A stretch of DNA of 56,777 nucleotides. Origin: Marivivens sp. (lineage in GTDB: Bacteria > Pseudomonadota > Alphaproteobacteria > Rhodobacterales > Rhodobacteraceae). Shown here one piece after another: positions 42,115-51,962 of this stretch; positions within the stretch are counted from its first letter, which is position 1; every line of letters begins with the position of its first letter. The notes under the pieces are model-generated. The model ran no database searches, was not told the origin of the DNA, and saw only the letters and a list, made by a program, of their open reading frames with translations. The stretch lies in the NCBI GenBank assembly GCA_041742255.1, contig JBGSIZ010000197.1:1-56777 (forward strand), written 5' to 3'. Made by a program: the position numbers and the translations under genes.

Positions 42115-43205
42115 GCGGCATCCTTGTCGGTGTCGTCGCTGGTTTGGTCGTCCACAAGGTCACGGGGGAATTCCCCGGTATCGACGAAGGTGCGGTAGAG
42201 CGGTTCGGTCAGTTGGTAATCAAGCGCCAGCCGCGAGGCGTGCAGACACGCCCGCAGCAAGGCGGCCAGATCCGGGTCCGACAACCAGCCGTCGATGATG
42301 GGCCGGATCGCGTCCGTCCGGATGGACCTGTCGGCCACGGTGTTGATGTCATATTTGTCCCAATAGCCCATGTCGATCCGGCCTTTGTTTTTCGAATTGG
42401 CCGTGCCGCGCAGGCGTTTCAACAGGAAATCTTCCCGGCTTTTGATCGCGTAGTGGTTCACCTGAGCGAAGTCATGCCCAAGGTTGTCCTTGTTCGAGCG
42501 CCACCCGGTTTTGAGGTATTTGTCCCCCATCGGCTGCCCCGATCCGTTGGTCCAGCGGATGTCCACGCTGTCCAGATCTTTGTTTTTCAGGAACTTGGGC
42601 CGGTGGACCCCGTAGAAATCGAACGCCGCCGGTTTGAACAGCGTCTTGAACCCCCAGACAAGCCCGTTTTCCGGGTTTTCAAAGTTTGATCCTTGAGTGA
42701 AACGTTCCGTAATCAGCCGGGTGGGGTCGAACCGCGCCTCGCCACACGACCCCATCAGCCGCCAATTGACCGAAATCGCATCGGGTGCCCCGCAAGCGTC
42801 GATGAGCGCCTGCACCGAATTGTCCCCGGTGTGGACGTTGAGGTATTCGTCCGCGTCCACGATGAGGACGTAATCGTGCGCCCGCACGAATTCCATCCGG
42901 TTGGCCCGGCTGTAGGCCGCCCGTTGCGGGTCCATGCGGGGCCCAAGCGGGTTGTCGAAATGCCGTATCACCCCCATCTGGTCCAGCCGGTTGAGGATCA
43001 GGTTGGTCCCGTCCGTGCAATCGTTTGAAAAGATGCAGAAATCATGGATGCCGATGGATGTGTGATAGGCCAGCCATTCCAGCAGATATGGCCCTTCGTT
43101 CTTCATGGTGGACACGAGGATGACCCGCGCCGCGCCAGATTGCCCGGTGGGTTGGGCGGCAACCGGGGCCAGTTTGGGGGTCTTTTCAGATTTCTTCTTG
43201 GCCAT
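42111..43205 (-). CDS. glycosyltransferase (GT2-fold, GT92/DUF23-like)
   Basis: VILVSTMKNEGPYLLEWLAYHTSIGIHDFCIFSNDCTDGT...VLIVDADEYL (DxD). ATGA overlap with the sulfotransferase start. Confidence 0.7.
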   Translation of the reverse strand: MAKKKSEKTPKLAPVAAQPTGQSGAARVILVSTMKNEGPYLLEWLAYHTSIGIHDFCIFSNDCTDGTNLILNRLDQMGVIRHFDNPLGPRMDPQRAAYSRANRMEFVRAHDYVLIVDADEYLNVHTGDNSVQALIDACGAPDAISVNWRLMGSCGEARFDPTRLITERFTQGSNFENPENGLVWGFKTLFKPAAFDFYGVHRPKFLKNKDLDSVDIRWTNGSGQPMGDKYLKTGWRSNKDNLGHDFAQVNHYAIKSREDFLLKRLRGTANSKNKGRIDMGYWDKYDINTVADRSIRTDAIRPIIDGWLSDPDLAALLRACLHASRLALDYQLTEPLYRTFVDTGEFPRDLVDDQTSDDTDKDAA

Positions 43206-43252
43206 GGGCGGGGATCCTTTGGGGTGGCTCGCAGACGTGGAGGGGAGACGGG

Positions 43253-44950
43253 TCAGGAGGCCTTTTTCGTCTTGGTTCCGGATTTCGCGCGTTTTTTTTT
43301 CTTGGATGTGGCGGGGGGGGCGTCGTGCTGGGTGGCGTTGGCGCTGGCCACCAGTGCCGCGACGTGGGGTTTGAGGGCGGGCACGCCCAGATTGCGGGCC
43401 TCGGGCGTATTCATGAACGGGTTGGTGGGGTGCAGGGGCGTGGCCGCGATGGCCTGTTCCACCCGCGACAGCACCTGTGCCGCCTGCGGCAGATCCCCCG
43501 CCTGCGCCAGTTGCGCGAGCGCCTGTTGCACCTCTGGCCGGTCGGATTTGAGTGCGACCGCTGCCAGTTTTTCCACCACTTGCGGGGGTTCTTCGCCGGG
43601 GCCGTAGCGTTTGGTGGGGATGCCTGCGGCGCGTGCGGCGCGGCGTGCGGCGCGTTTTGCGTCGGTGTCACGGTCGACCGGTCGCGCGACCTTTTCAGGT
43701 TTGACCGTGACCGACAAGGCCGCCGCACTGATCGCGTCGCGTTCTTCGCGTTTCGTTGTCCCCTCAGACGGCCCTTCGCCAGCGGCGGCAAGGAGCGTGC
43801 TGCGGGTTTCCCCCTTTTTCGCGGTTTGGGTTTCGGCGATCATCCGGGCGATGTCGCGGTCGGGCACGCCGTTGGCCTGCATTTCCTTGACCTTTTCCTG
43901 CCACATCTTGGGCAGGTGTTGGATGAACAACACCTCGTCCAGTTTATCAAGCGGGATTTTGGAGGCCTCGCGCAGTTCGGCGACCCATGTTTCATAGTCC
44001 CCCGTGCTGCGCAGTTTGGCGACGCGGGCGGCGTGAAAGTCGAGCGCGCGCGCCTGCAGGTCGCCCAGAACCGGGTCGGCCAGCATTTGCGCCATCAACG
44101 CCTTGACCGCAGGCACATGGCGGTGCGCGTGTTTCGCCTCGATTTCATTGCGGTCAAAGAGCGCGAAATAGGCCGCGTTATACTTGTCCTCTTTGTTGTT
44201 CACGTTGCCCCGGACGCGGCGCAGCAAATACGCCTCGTAGCTTTTGACCGCATAGTGGTTCAGTTCGGCAAGGCCGTAGCCCAGCGTGGGTTTGGTGGAC
44301 CGCCAGCCCGACAGCGAGAACTCGTCGGGCATCCGTTCCCCCGACCCGTTGACCCATATCTGGTCATAGAGCGCCTTGGCGTTGGCGGGGTCCTGTTTGG
44401 CGTGTTTGATGTGGGGCCGGTGGATGCCCAGTTTGATATTCGGATAGGGCCGGAACAGGGTTTTGACCCCCCAGCCTTTTTTGAATTTATCCGGCGCCGC
44501 CCGGGTGTAGTGTTCGGTCACAAGCCCCGGATTCCAGTCGGTGATCCCCGCCGATCCGTAGAACCGCCATGTGATCGCCATCGCGGAGGCATCATGTGGG
44601 ATGCGGTCCACAAGGTCGGGGATGCGTCCGTCGCCGCATTTGATCGACAGGAATTCGTCCGCATCCATGGTCAGGATCCAGTCGGAGTTCATCACGACCG
44701 GGTTTTTCGTCGCCAGTTCCAGCGCGTTGGGCTGTGGTTTCTTGCCCGGTGGCACGTCGTTGCGGAAGTGTTTGCAGAACCCCATCGATTCCAGCCGGAT
44801 CAGCATGTCGTCGGTGCCGTCGCCGCAGTTGTTGGTATAAACGCAGATATTGTCAAAGCCCAAATGGTGGTGGTAGGCCACCCATTCGACAAGGCTGTGC
44901 CCCTCGTCCTTCATCATGGAGAGGATGGTGTAGGTGCTGTGAGGGGCCAT
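43253..44950 (-). CDS. glycosyltransferase paralog (GT2-fold, GT92/DUF23-like) with long charged C-terminal extension
   Basis: YTILSMMKDEGHSLVEWVAYHHHLGFDNICVYTNNCGDGT...ILTMDADEFL parallels the neighbouring GT. About 230 extra C-terminal residues end in KKKKRAKSGTKTKKAS. Start set at the ATG at 44950 (MAPHSTY...); the track ORF extends to 45124, so the start is uncertain. Confidence 0.62.
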   Translation of the reverse strand: MAPHSTYTILSMMKDEGHSLVEWVAYHHHLGFDNICVYTNNCGDGTDDMLIRLESMGFCKHFRNDVPPGKKPQPNALELATKNPVVMNSDWILTMDADEFLSIKCGDGRIPDLVDRIPHDASAMAITWRFYGSAGITDWNPGLVTEHYTRAAPDKFKKGWGVKTLFRPYPNIKLGIHRPHIKHAKQDPANAKALYDQIWVNGSGERMPDEFSLSGWRSTKPTLGYGLAELNHYAVKSYEAYLLRRVRGNVNNKEDKYNAAYFALFDRNEIEAKHAHRHVPAVKALMAQMLADPVLGDLQARALDFHAARVAKLRSTGDYETWVAELREASKIPLDKLDEVLFIQHLPKMWQEKVKEMQANGVPDRDIARMIAETQTAKKGETRSTLLAAAGEGPSEGTTKREERDAISAAALSVTVKPEKVARPVDRDTDAKRAARRAARAAGIPTKRYGPGEEPPQVVEKLAAVALKSDRPEVQQALAQLAQAGDLPQAAQVLSRVEQAIAATPLHPTNPFMNTPEARNLGVPALKPHVAALVASANATQHDAPPATSKKKKRAKSGTKTKKAS

Positions 44951-45194
44951 TTTCGCCACTATGTCCTGTCGACTGCCTGTTTCGTGACCGATAGTCCCGC
45001 CCGTCTTAAGACCGGGTTGAGGGACCTGCTGTTTTCGCGCCAGTTCTTGGTCGGCAGCATACAGCCTACACCGGGAAAGTCTACCGCACCGGACAGGTTT
45101 GCGTGGCCCGAACCGTGCGATCATGGGTTGACGTCAGCCCCTGCAGCGCTTTGTTACGGGGCAGAGACCGAAACCCTGACCGGAGGACCACATC

Positions 45195-45794
45195 ATGGCC
45201 TTTACCCTGCCTGACCTGCCCTATGCCCACGACGCGCTTGCCGCCAAGGGCATGTCGAAAGAGACGCTCGAATACCACCATGACCTGCACCACAAGGCCT
45301 ATGTGGACAACGGCAACAAGTTGATTGCCGGGACCGAGTGGGAGGGCAAGACCCTCGAGGACATCATCGTGGGCACCTATAATGCCACCGCTGTTGCCCA
45401 GAATGGGATTTTCAACAACATCAGCCAGTTGTGGAACCACAACCAGTTTTGGGAAATGATGGGCCCCGGCGACAGCAAGATGCCGGGCGAAGTTGAAGCC
45501 GCCCTGACCGAAACCTTTGGGTCGGTCGCCGCGTTCAAGGAGCAGTTTGCCGCCGCTGGTGCCGGCCAGTTCGGGTCCGGTTGGGCATGGCTGGTCAAGC
45601 TGGCGGATGGATCGTTGCAGATCACCAAGACCGAAAACGGCGTGAACCCGCTGTGCTATGGCCAGACCGCATTGTTGGGTTGTGATGTGTGGGAACATTC
45701 CTACTACATTGATTTCCGCAACAAGCGCCCTGCCTATCTCACCAACTTTCTTGACCATCTGGTCAACTGGGAAAACGTCGCCAGCCGGATGTGA
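45195..45794 (+). CDS. sodB: Fe-type superoxide dismutase
   Basis: MAFTLPDLPYAHDALAAKGMSKETLEYHHDLHHKAYVDN...FNNISQLWNHNQFW...GSGWAWL...GCDVWEHSYYIDFRNKRPAYL. Confidence 0.95.
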   Translation: MAFTLPDLPYAHDALAAKGMSKETLEYHHDLHHKAYVDNGNKLIAGTEWEGKTLEDIIVGTYNATAVAQNGIFNNISQLWNHNQFWEMMGPGDSKMPGEVEAALTETFGSVAAFKEQFAAAGAGQFGSGWAWLVKLADGSLQITKTENGVNPLCYGQTALLGCDVWEHSYYIDFRNKRPAYLTNFLDHLVNWENVASRM

Positions 45795-45816
45795 TCCGGG
45801 CGGTATTTGACGACAG

Positions 45817-45848
45817 CGGCGCCCCCTGATCGGGGCGCCGTTTTCGTT
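45817..45848 (+). terminator. rho-independent terminator of sodB
   Basis: 9-bp stem cggcgcccc (45817-45825) / ggggcgccg (45832-45840), loop ctgatc, followed by ttttcgttt. Confidence 0.75.
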
Positions 45849-45953
45849 TGGCCCATTGTTTCAGGCCCACAATTTCATTTGAGAATGGTTGAATTGATCG
45901 GTTGACCGCGCCGTCCGATAGAAGGGAGGCGCGCAGACGCGCTGTGTCAACCG

Positions 45954-46805
45954 ATGGGGTCAAACATGTTAGAAGAATTTTCTGGACAATACATCAGCCA
46001 AGTCACTGGCTTTTTCGGGGTCACACCGACCGTGTCGGTCAAAGATGTCACGCTTGTCGATACCAACCTTGTTCGTGGCGACGGTGCCACCGAGAACGTG
46101 GGCAACGGGCTGTTTGATGGCGTCCCGCTCGTCAATCTGTATCCGGCCGCCTATGGCACGCTGGACGACGGCGAAGTGCTGACCACGGTTGTTTTCCGCG
46201 ACGGGACTGCCCTGACCGGGGTGCGCGCGCTGTATGATGGTCAAACCGGTGCCTATGGGTATCTGCAAGAGCAGTTTTTGCTGGATACCGCGGCGCTGGC
46301 GTCGGTGGGCAAGACGCTGGCAGATGTGGCCAATGTCGATGTGACCGCCTTGACCGATCACACTCTGAACTGGGCCGAGTTCGGGTTTACCGCAACCGGC
46401 GTGGTTGTGCCCGATCCCGAACCCGAACCCGAGCCGGAACCCGTCACCCCGCTGAACCTTGTTCAGGGGACCGCCGGGAATGATCGCCTGACGGGCACAG
46501 CGGGTGACGATCTGATCCGGGGCGGCGGCGATGATGACCGCCTGACGGGCCGCGCCGGCGCGGATACTTTTGTCTTTGGTGCCGAGACCCGCGACAACGA
46601 CCGTGACCGCGACGTCATCACCGATTTCAACGCCGCCGAAGATACGATCGTGTTCGAGGCCGGTGCCCAGATCCGGTTCATCGAAGAGCGCAACGGCAAC
46701 CTGTTCATCCAGTTAGAGGGCGATCGCGATGCGATCACCGTTCTGAACGCGGACCGGGGGCTGGTCGCCAATTTCGTGTTCACCGAAGATATCTTCGTCG
46801 CCTGA
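45954..46805 (+). CDS. RTX (hemolysin-type calcium-binding repeat) protein, probable secreted protein
   Basis: C-terminal half carries GTAGNDRLTGTAGDDLIRGGGDDDRLTGRAGADTFVFG (GGxGxD-type nonapeptides), preceded by a PDPEPEPEPEP linker. The N-terminal domain is unrecognised. An alternative ATG lies at 45966. Confidence 0.7.
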   Translation: MGSNMLEEFSGQYISQVTGFFGVTPTVSVKDVTLVDTNLVRGDGATENVGNGLFDGVPLVNLYPAAYGTLDDGEVLTTVVFRDGTALTGVRALYDGQTGAYGYLQEQFLLDTAALASVGKTLADVANVDVTALTDHTLNWAEFGFTATGVVVPDPEPEPEPEPVTPLNLVQGTAGNDRLTGTAGDDLIRGGGDDDRLTGRAGADTFVFGAETRDNDRDRDVITDFNAAEDTIVFEAGAQIRFIEERNGNLFIQLEGDRDAITVLNADRGLVANFVFTEDIFVA

Positions 46806-46818
46806 GGGCGTGCGAAGG

Positions 46819-46858
46819 TCCGGGCCGCTGGTTGATTGGCGGCCCGGATTTACTTGTT
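46819..46858. terminator. hairpin terminator between the convergent RTX and LOG genes
   Basis: Perfect 10-bp stem tccgggccgc (46819-46828) / gcggcccgga (46839-46848), 10-nt loop, followed by tttacttgtt. Confidence 0.55.
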
Positions 46859-46872
46859 GGCCGGGCCTTGGT

Positions 46873-47433
46873 TTATTGGGTTGCCGCCATTTGCAAGGCT
46901 GTTTCCACGGCGGCCACATCCGGGGCGAGTGTGACGAAGTCCCGCAGCGACGCATCCGCGAAGCCCTGCGCGATGATGTGGTCGATCAGCTCCATAAGCG
47001 GCCCCCAGTAGCCGTCTGTGTTGAGCAGGATGATTGGTTTGTCGTGCAGCCCCAGTTGCCGCCATGTCAGCGCCTCGAAAAACTCGTCAAGGCTGCCCGC
47101 CCCGCCGGGCAACATAACGACCGCATCCGCGTTCATGATCATCACCTTTTTGCGTTCATGCATGGTTTCCGTGATGATGAACTGGTCGAGGTCGCGTTTG
47201 CCTACCTCCCAATTCAGGAGGTGCGTGGGGATCACCCCGAAGGTTTTACCCCCTGCCGCCTGTGTCGCCCGCGCCACTGTTCCCATCAGCCCCACGTCCC
47301 CCGCCCCGTAGACCAGCCGCCAGCCCCGCTGCGCGAGCATCTGCCCTGTGGCCTGTGCCGCTTGGGTGTAACTGTCCCGCGCCCCGGCCCGGGACCCGCA
47401 ATAGACACAGACGGAAAACAGACTGGCGGACAT
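46873..47433 (-). CDS. LOG family protein (TIGR00730; cytokinin riboside 5'-monophosphate phosphoribohydrolase-like)
   Basis: VCVYCGSRAG...LVYGAGDVGLMG...VIGVIP...ETMHERKKVM...VMLPGGAGSLDEFFEALTW.QLGLHDKPIILLN. Canonical LOG motifs (PGGxGTxxE). Confidence 0.9.
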   Translation of the reverse strand: MSASLFSVCVYCGSRAGARDSYTQAAQATGQMLAQRGWRLVYGAGDVGLMGTVARATQAAGGKTFGVIPTHLLNWEVGKRDLDQFIITETMHERKKVMIMNADAVVMLPGGAGSLDEFFEALTWRQLGLHDKPIILLNTDGYWGPLMELIDHIIAQGFADASLRDFVTLAPDVAAVETALQMAATQ

Positions 47434-47480
47434 GATGATCCTTTCAGGATGCGAGAGGGCTTTGACCGCTTGTATCTGCG

Positions 47481-48722
47481 TTGCTAAGGTCGCTCAACCA
47501 ATGGTCGCTGGACCATGCGGAACAAAAGGGGCCAGGGGTGGCAAACGGGGGAACGGACGCGCTGAAACTGGCGCTGGGCGTGGGGGCTGCGGCGGCGATT
47601 GTCGTGCTGGCGGTGCTGTTTGTGCCGCGTGCAGGGGGGCCTGTGCCGGAACAGACCCCGTTGGCGGCGGTTCCTGTGCCGTCGGGGCCTATTGCCGGGA
47701 TAACGGAAGCCGCCCCGGTTGCCGAGCCGCAGGCGGTTGCCCCACCCATGTTCACCCAATTGCGCGTGGACCCGCAAGGGCAGGTGGGTGTGGGCGGCGT
47801 GGCTCATCCCGGTGCTGTGGTCGAGGTCCGCGTGGACGGTGCCCCGGTGGCCCGCACGCAGGCCAATGAGGCGGGCGATTTCGTGGTGCTGTTTGACCTG
47901 CCCCCGTCCGATCAGCCCCGGAGCCTGACGTTGATGGAGGACCCCGATGGGGCGGCCGTCCTGTCGGACGAGGCCCGGTTGGTGGCCCCGTTTGCCGCCC
48001 CTGAGTCGACTGCCGATGGTCCAGTGGCCGTTGCCGAAGGGGCCGGGGTTCCGGACGTTGTGGCCGATGTTGTGGAGACGCCGGACGCCCTTGTGGTCGA
48101 ACCTGTGGCCGAGCCTGTTGCCGAGGGTGTTGCGGAGGTTGAGACAGAACCCGCCGCGATCCCGGATGCCCAGCCGACCGTGCTGGCCGTGGATGCCGAG
48201 GGTGTCCGCGTGGTGCAACCCGCGACCCCGCCCGAGGTGATGTCCATCGTGGCGCTGGATACCATCACTTATGACCCCGCAGGCGATGTCGCCTTGACCG
48301 GTCGCGCCAGTGGCGATGGCGAGGTTCGCATTTATCTGGACAATACCCCGTTGATTGCCACCGCAATCGGTCCCGATGGCGCATGGCGCACCGCCTTGCC
48401 GCAGGTTGATACCGGCACCTATACATTGCGGGTGGACGAGGTGGACACCGCCGGCACCGTCATCAGCCGGATTGAAACCCCGTTCCTGCGCGAAGAACCC
48501 GCCGCCGTGGCAGAAACCCTTGCCGCCCAGACAACCGCCGACGGGTTTGTCGCCGCTGTGACAACCGTGCAGCCGGGCATGACCCTTTGGGCCATTGCCC
48601 GCGACCAATATGGCGAAGGAACCCTGTATGTGCAGGTCTACGAGGCCAACAAGGACGCCATCCGCGATCCCGATCTGATTTATCCCGGTCAGGTGTTTGT
48701 CATGCCTGCCCCGGTCGAATAG
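47481..48722 (+). CDS. LysM domain-containing peptidoglycan-binding protein
   Basis: N-terminal TM (LALGVGAAAAIVVLAVLFV). Acidic low-complexity middle (VAEPVAEGVAEVETEP). Ig-like region. C-terminal LysM (VQPGMTLWAIARDQYGEGTLYVQVYEANKDAIRDPDLIYPGQVFVMP). Start uncertain: TTG 47481 or GTG 47538. Confidence 0.7.
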   Translation: MLRSLNQWSLDHAEQKGPGVANGGTDALKLALGVGAAAAIVVLAVLFVPRAGGPVPEQTPLAAVPVPSGPIAGITEAAPVAEPQAVAPPMFTQLRVDPQGQVGVGGVAHPGAVVEVRVDGAPVARTQANEAGDFVVLFDLPPSDQPRSLTLMEDPDGAAVLSDEARLVAPFAAPESTADGPVAVAEGAGVPDVVADVVETPDALVVEPVAEPVAEGVAEVETEPAAIPDAQPTVLAVDAEGVRVVQPATPPEVMSIVALDTITYDPAGDVALTGRASGDGEVRIYLDNTPLIATAIGPDGAWRTALPQVDTGTYTLRVDEVDTAGTVISRIETPFLREEPAAVAETLAAQTTADGFVAAVTTVQPGMTLWAIARDQYGEGTLYVQVYEANKDAIRDPDLIYPGQVFVMPAPVE

Positions 48723-48793
48723 CGGGTGCCGGGTCTGGTCAAGGGCGCGTGCCGGGCCTAGGTAGACACCCAGCCCGCAAGTGAGAGTGCCCG

Positions 48794-50623
48794 ATGCGTC
48801 AATTGCCCAAGTCCCAAGCCAACCTGTCCGGTCAGAAGATCGAAGGTTGGAACGTCATCCGCCGCGTGGTGCCCTATTTGTGGCCCGAAGGCGATACCGG
48901 CACCAAGGTTCGGGTCATTCTGGCCTTGTCAGTGCTGATGCTGGCCAATGTGATCGCTGTGGCCACCCCGTTTTTGTATCAGCAATCTGTCGATGCCTTG
49001 ACCCCGAGCGGGGCGGGGGCCGCCACGTTTCTGGCCTTGGGTGCGATTGGTTTGACAGTGGCCTATGGTATCGCCCGCCTGATGTCCGCCGGATTTCAGC
49101 AGTTGCGCGATGTGATTTTTACGCCCGTTGGACAGCGCGCGCTGCGCCGTCTGGCGCTGGAGACGTTCACCCACATTCACCGTTTGTCGATGCGGTATCA
49201 CATCACCCGCAAGACCGGCGGGTTGAGCCGCGTGATCGAGCGCGGCGTCAAGGGTGTGGATTTTCTGTTGCGGTTCCTGTTGTTCAGCATGGGCCCGCTG
49301 GTCATCCAGTTGCTGATGATTTTGGCCGTTCTGTTCTACAAATTTGACGCCTGGTATATGGTCGTCGTGCTGGTCACGATCGTCTTGTATGTCTGGTTCA
49401 CCTTTGCCGTGACCGAATGGCGTGTCAAAATCCGCAAGATCATGAATGAGCAGGACACCGACGCCAATCAAAAGGCGATCGACAGTTTGTTGAACTTTGA
49501 AACCGTCAAGTATTTTGCCGCTGAACGGTGGGAAGCCGACCGGTATGACCGCGCCATGGAGGGTTACGAATCCGCCGCTGTGCGCACCAACAATTCGCTG
49601 GCCGTTCTGAACTTTGGTCAGGCATTGTTGATCACGGTCGGGCTGGTCGTGGTCATGGTGATGGCCGCCGTGGGTGTAGAGCGCGGGGCGCTGACCGTGG
49701 GCGATTTCGTGTTGGTCAACGCCTATATGATCCAGATCACCATGCCGTTGAATTTTCTGGGCACCGTCTATCGCGAGATCCGGCAGGCCCTGATTGATAT
49801 GGGTGATATGTTTGATTTGTTAGAGCAGCCAGCAGAAGTGACCAACAAACCGGGCGCGGATGTTCTAAAAGTGCAAGGCGGTGAGATCGTTCTGGACAAT
49901 GTTCTGTTCGGATATGACCCCGAACGCGCCATTCTCAAGGGCGTGTCCCTGACCGTCGCTGCCGGCACCACCACCGCGATTGTCGGGTCGTCGGGGTCTG
50001 GCAAATCGACCATCGGACGCCTGTTGTTCCGGTTTTACGATGTGAATGGCGGGGCCTTGCGGATTGATGGGCAGGACCTGCGTGATGTCACCCAGGAAAG
50101 CCTGCATGCCCAGATCGGCGTGGTCCCGCAGGATACCGTTTTGTTCAACGATACCGTGCATTACAACATCGCCTATGGCCGCCCCACCGCCACCGAGGCC
50201 GAGATTGTCGCCGCTGCCCGCGCCGCCAAGATCCACGATTTCATCATGAGCCTGCCCGACGGATACAAGACCACCGTGGGCGAGCGCGGTCTGAAACTGT
50301 CGGGCGGTGAAAAGCAGCGCGTGGGCATTGCCCGCACGTTGTTGAAAAACCCGCCCATCCTGTTGCTGGACGAGGCCACGAGCGCGCTGGATACCGAAAC
50401 CGAGCGCGAGATTCAGGCCGAGTTGAAGGCCATGGGGCAGGGCCGCACCGTTTTGACCATTGCCCACCGGTTGTCCACGATTGCCGATGCCGACGAGATT
50501 GTCGTGCTGGAAGATGGCGTGATCGTGGAGCGTGGACGCCATGACGATCTGGTGGCCCGCGACGGACGGTATGCCCATTTGTGGAATCGCCAAGAGGCCG
50601 GAGAGGACGACGTCGCGGCTTGA
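48794..50623 (+). CDS. ABC transporter, fused permease/ATPase, Atm1/HMT1-like exporter
   Basis: Six-TM domain followed by Walker A (GSSGSGKST), ABC signature (LSGGEKQRVGIAR) and Walker B (ILLLDEATSALD). The N-terminal VVPYLWPEGDTGTKVRVILAL resembles Atm1-type exporters. Confidence 0.85.
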   Translation: MRQLPKSQANLSGQKIEGWNVIRRVVPYLWPEGDTGTKVRVILALSVLMLANVIAVATPFLYQQSVDALTPSGAGAATFLALGAIGLTVAYGIARLMSAGFQQLRDVIFTPVGQRALRRLALETFTHIHRLSMRYHITRKTGGLSRVIERGVKGVDFLLRFLLFSMGPLVIQLLMILAVLFYKFDAWYMVVVLVTIVLYVWFTFAVTEWRVKIRKIMNEQDTDANQKAIDSLLNFETVKYFAAERWEADRYDRAMEGYESAAVRTNNSLAVLNFGQALLITVGLVVVMVMAAVGVERGALTVGDFVLVNAYMIQITMPLNFLGTVYREIRQALIDMGDMFDLLEQPAEVTNKPGADVLKVQGGEIVLDNVLFGYDPERAILKGVSLTVAAGTTTAIVGSSGSGKSTIGRLLFRFYDVNGGALRIDGQDLRDVTQESLHAQIGVVPQDTVLFNDTVHYNIAYGRPTATEAEIVAAARAAKIHDFIMSLPDGYKTTVGERGLKLSGGEKQRVGIARTLLKNPPILLLDEATSALDTETEREIQAELKAMGQGRTVLTIAHRLSTIADADEIVVLEDGVIVERGRHDDLVARDGRYAHLWNRQEAGEDDVAA

Positions 50624-50650
50624 ATCCGGCCCGATTTTCGGTGACATATT

Positions 50651-50684
50651 GCGTTGGTATTCCGTCGGTATTGCGTCGGTGTGC
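50651..50684 (+). repeat. array of three 11-nt direct repeats (CGTCGGT core), copy B
   Basis: gcgttggtatt ccgtcggtatt gcgtcggtgtgc. 28/34 identical to 32847-32880. Ends 35 nt upstream of the MFS gene ATG. Confidence 0.6.
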
Positions 50685-50719
50685 CTATCCCCCAATCCCG
50701 GACCACAGGAGGCCCTGCG

Positions 50720-51913
50720 ATGACCCCGAGTTTCCTGCGTTCTGCCCTTGTTCTGGGTCTGTTGTCTGCTGTTGGCCCATTTGCCATTGATATGTTCCTG
50801 CCTGCGTTGCCGATAATCGGGGCCGCGTTGGATGCCCCCGTGGCCACCGTTCAATTGACCCTGACGTTGTATTTCGTGGCCTTTGGGCTGTCGCAGATGA
50901 TCTATGGACCGCTGGCCGATCAGTATGGTCGCAAGGCCCCCATCCTTGTTGGGTTGTCGATTTTTGCGGTGGCGTCGGTGTTGGCCGCGATGGCCCCGAC
51001 GATTGGCTGGTTGATCGCGGCCCGCGTGTTGCAGGGGATCGGGGCCGCATCGGTCATGGTGGTGCCCCGTGCGATCATTCGCGACATGATGACCGGACCG
51101 CAAGCCGCCCGGATGATGGCCGCCTTGATGATGGTGATTTCGGTGTCCCCGATGTTGGCCCCTTTGGCGGGCGCCGGGTTTCTGGCCATGGGCAACTGGC
51201 GTTTGATATTCTGGGCGCTGGCCGGGGCAGGCATTGCCAGCCTTTTGGTGACCGTGTTCCTGCAACCTGAAACGCTCAAACGCGAGGACCGCGTGCCCGT
51301 CAATTTCGCGTCCATGGGCCGGGGTATCCGGGTGTTGATGACCGATCCCGGGTTTCTGGGCCTGACGTTTGTGGGCGCGTTTGGATTTGCCAGCTTTTTC
51401 GTGTTCATCTCAAGCGCCGCGTTTGTCTATTCCGGGCAGTTCGGGTTGACCCCGGTGCAGTTTGGCCTCGCGTTTGCCGCCAATGCGATGGGGTTTATCG
51501 GCGCATCCCAGTTTGCAGGCGTGATCGGGGGCCGAATCGGCATGGGGCCGATGATCCGGTTGGCCGCGTTCGGGTTTGCGGGGTTTTCGGTTGCGTTGCT
51601 GGTTCTGGCGCTGGCCGGGTTGGCCAGTTTGCCTGTCATCATCGGGATGCTGGTTCTCGCCAATGGCTGTTTGGGTCTGATCATTCCCGCCACGATGGTG
51701 ATGGCGCTGGACGATCACGGGGATATTGCGGGCCTTGCGTCGTCCCTTGGCGGCACGTTGCAGATGATTCTGGGCGGCGTGTTTGTGGCCCTGACGGGGC
51801 CGTTTTTCGATGGCACGGCGGTGCCGATGATCGCCGCGATTGCTGTGTCTGCCGTGGTCACGTTGCTGTTGGCGCTGTGGGTGCTGCCCCGGTTGCGGAT
51901 GCAAAGCGCCTGA
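50720..51913 (+). CDS. MFS transporter, Bcr/CflA drug-resistance subfamily
   Basis: ORF 50654..51913 trimmed to the ATG at 50720 (aggagg RBS at 50707-50712). [29 protein letters not shown]...[28 protein letters not shown] is the Bcr/CflA N-terminal signature. 12 TM. Confidence 0.85.
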   Translation: MTPSFLRSALVLGLLSAVGPFAIDMFLPALPIIGAALDAPVATVQLTLTLYFVAFGLSQMIYGPLADQYGRKAPILVGLSIFAVASVLAAMAPTIGWLIAARVLQGIGAASVMVVPRAIIRDMMTGPQAARMMAALMMVISVSPMLAPLAGAGFLAMGNWRLIFWALAGAGIASLLVTVFLQPETLKREDRVPVNFASMGRGIRVLMTDPGFLGLTFVGAFGFASFFVFISSAAFVYSGQFGLTPVQFGLAFAANAMGFIGASQFAGVIGGRIGMGPMIRLAAFGFAGFSVALLVLALAGLASLPVIIGMLVLANGCLGLIIPATMVMALDDHGDIAGLASSLGGTLQMILGGVFVALTGPFFDGTAVPMIAAIAVSAVVTLLLALWVLPRLRMQSA

Positions 51914-51962
51914 GGGCGGTTTTTTCTGGCATCCAACCGGGGTCAGGCGTATGCCGCCGCCC

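Noticed and set aside
43292-43320. T9 and G8 homopolymer tracts (A9/C8 on the coding strand) as phase-variation switches
   Set aside because: They lie in the last ~25 codons of the glycosyltransferase (encoding PPATSKKKKR). Slippage would change only the extreme C-terminal tail, and there is no evidence of variability from a single sequence.
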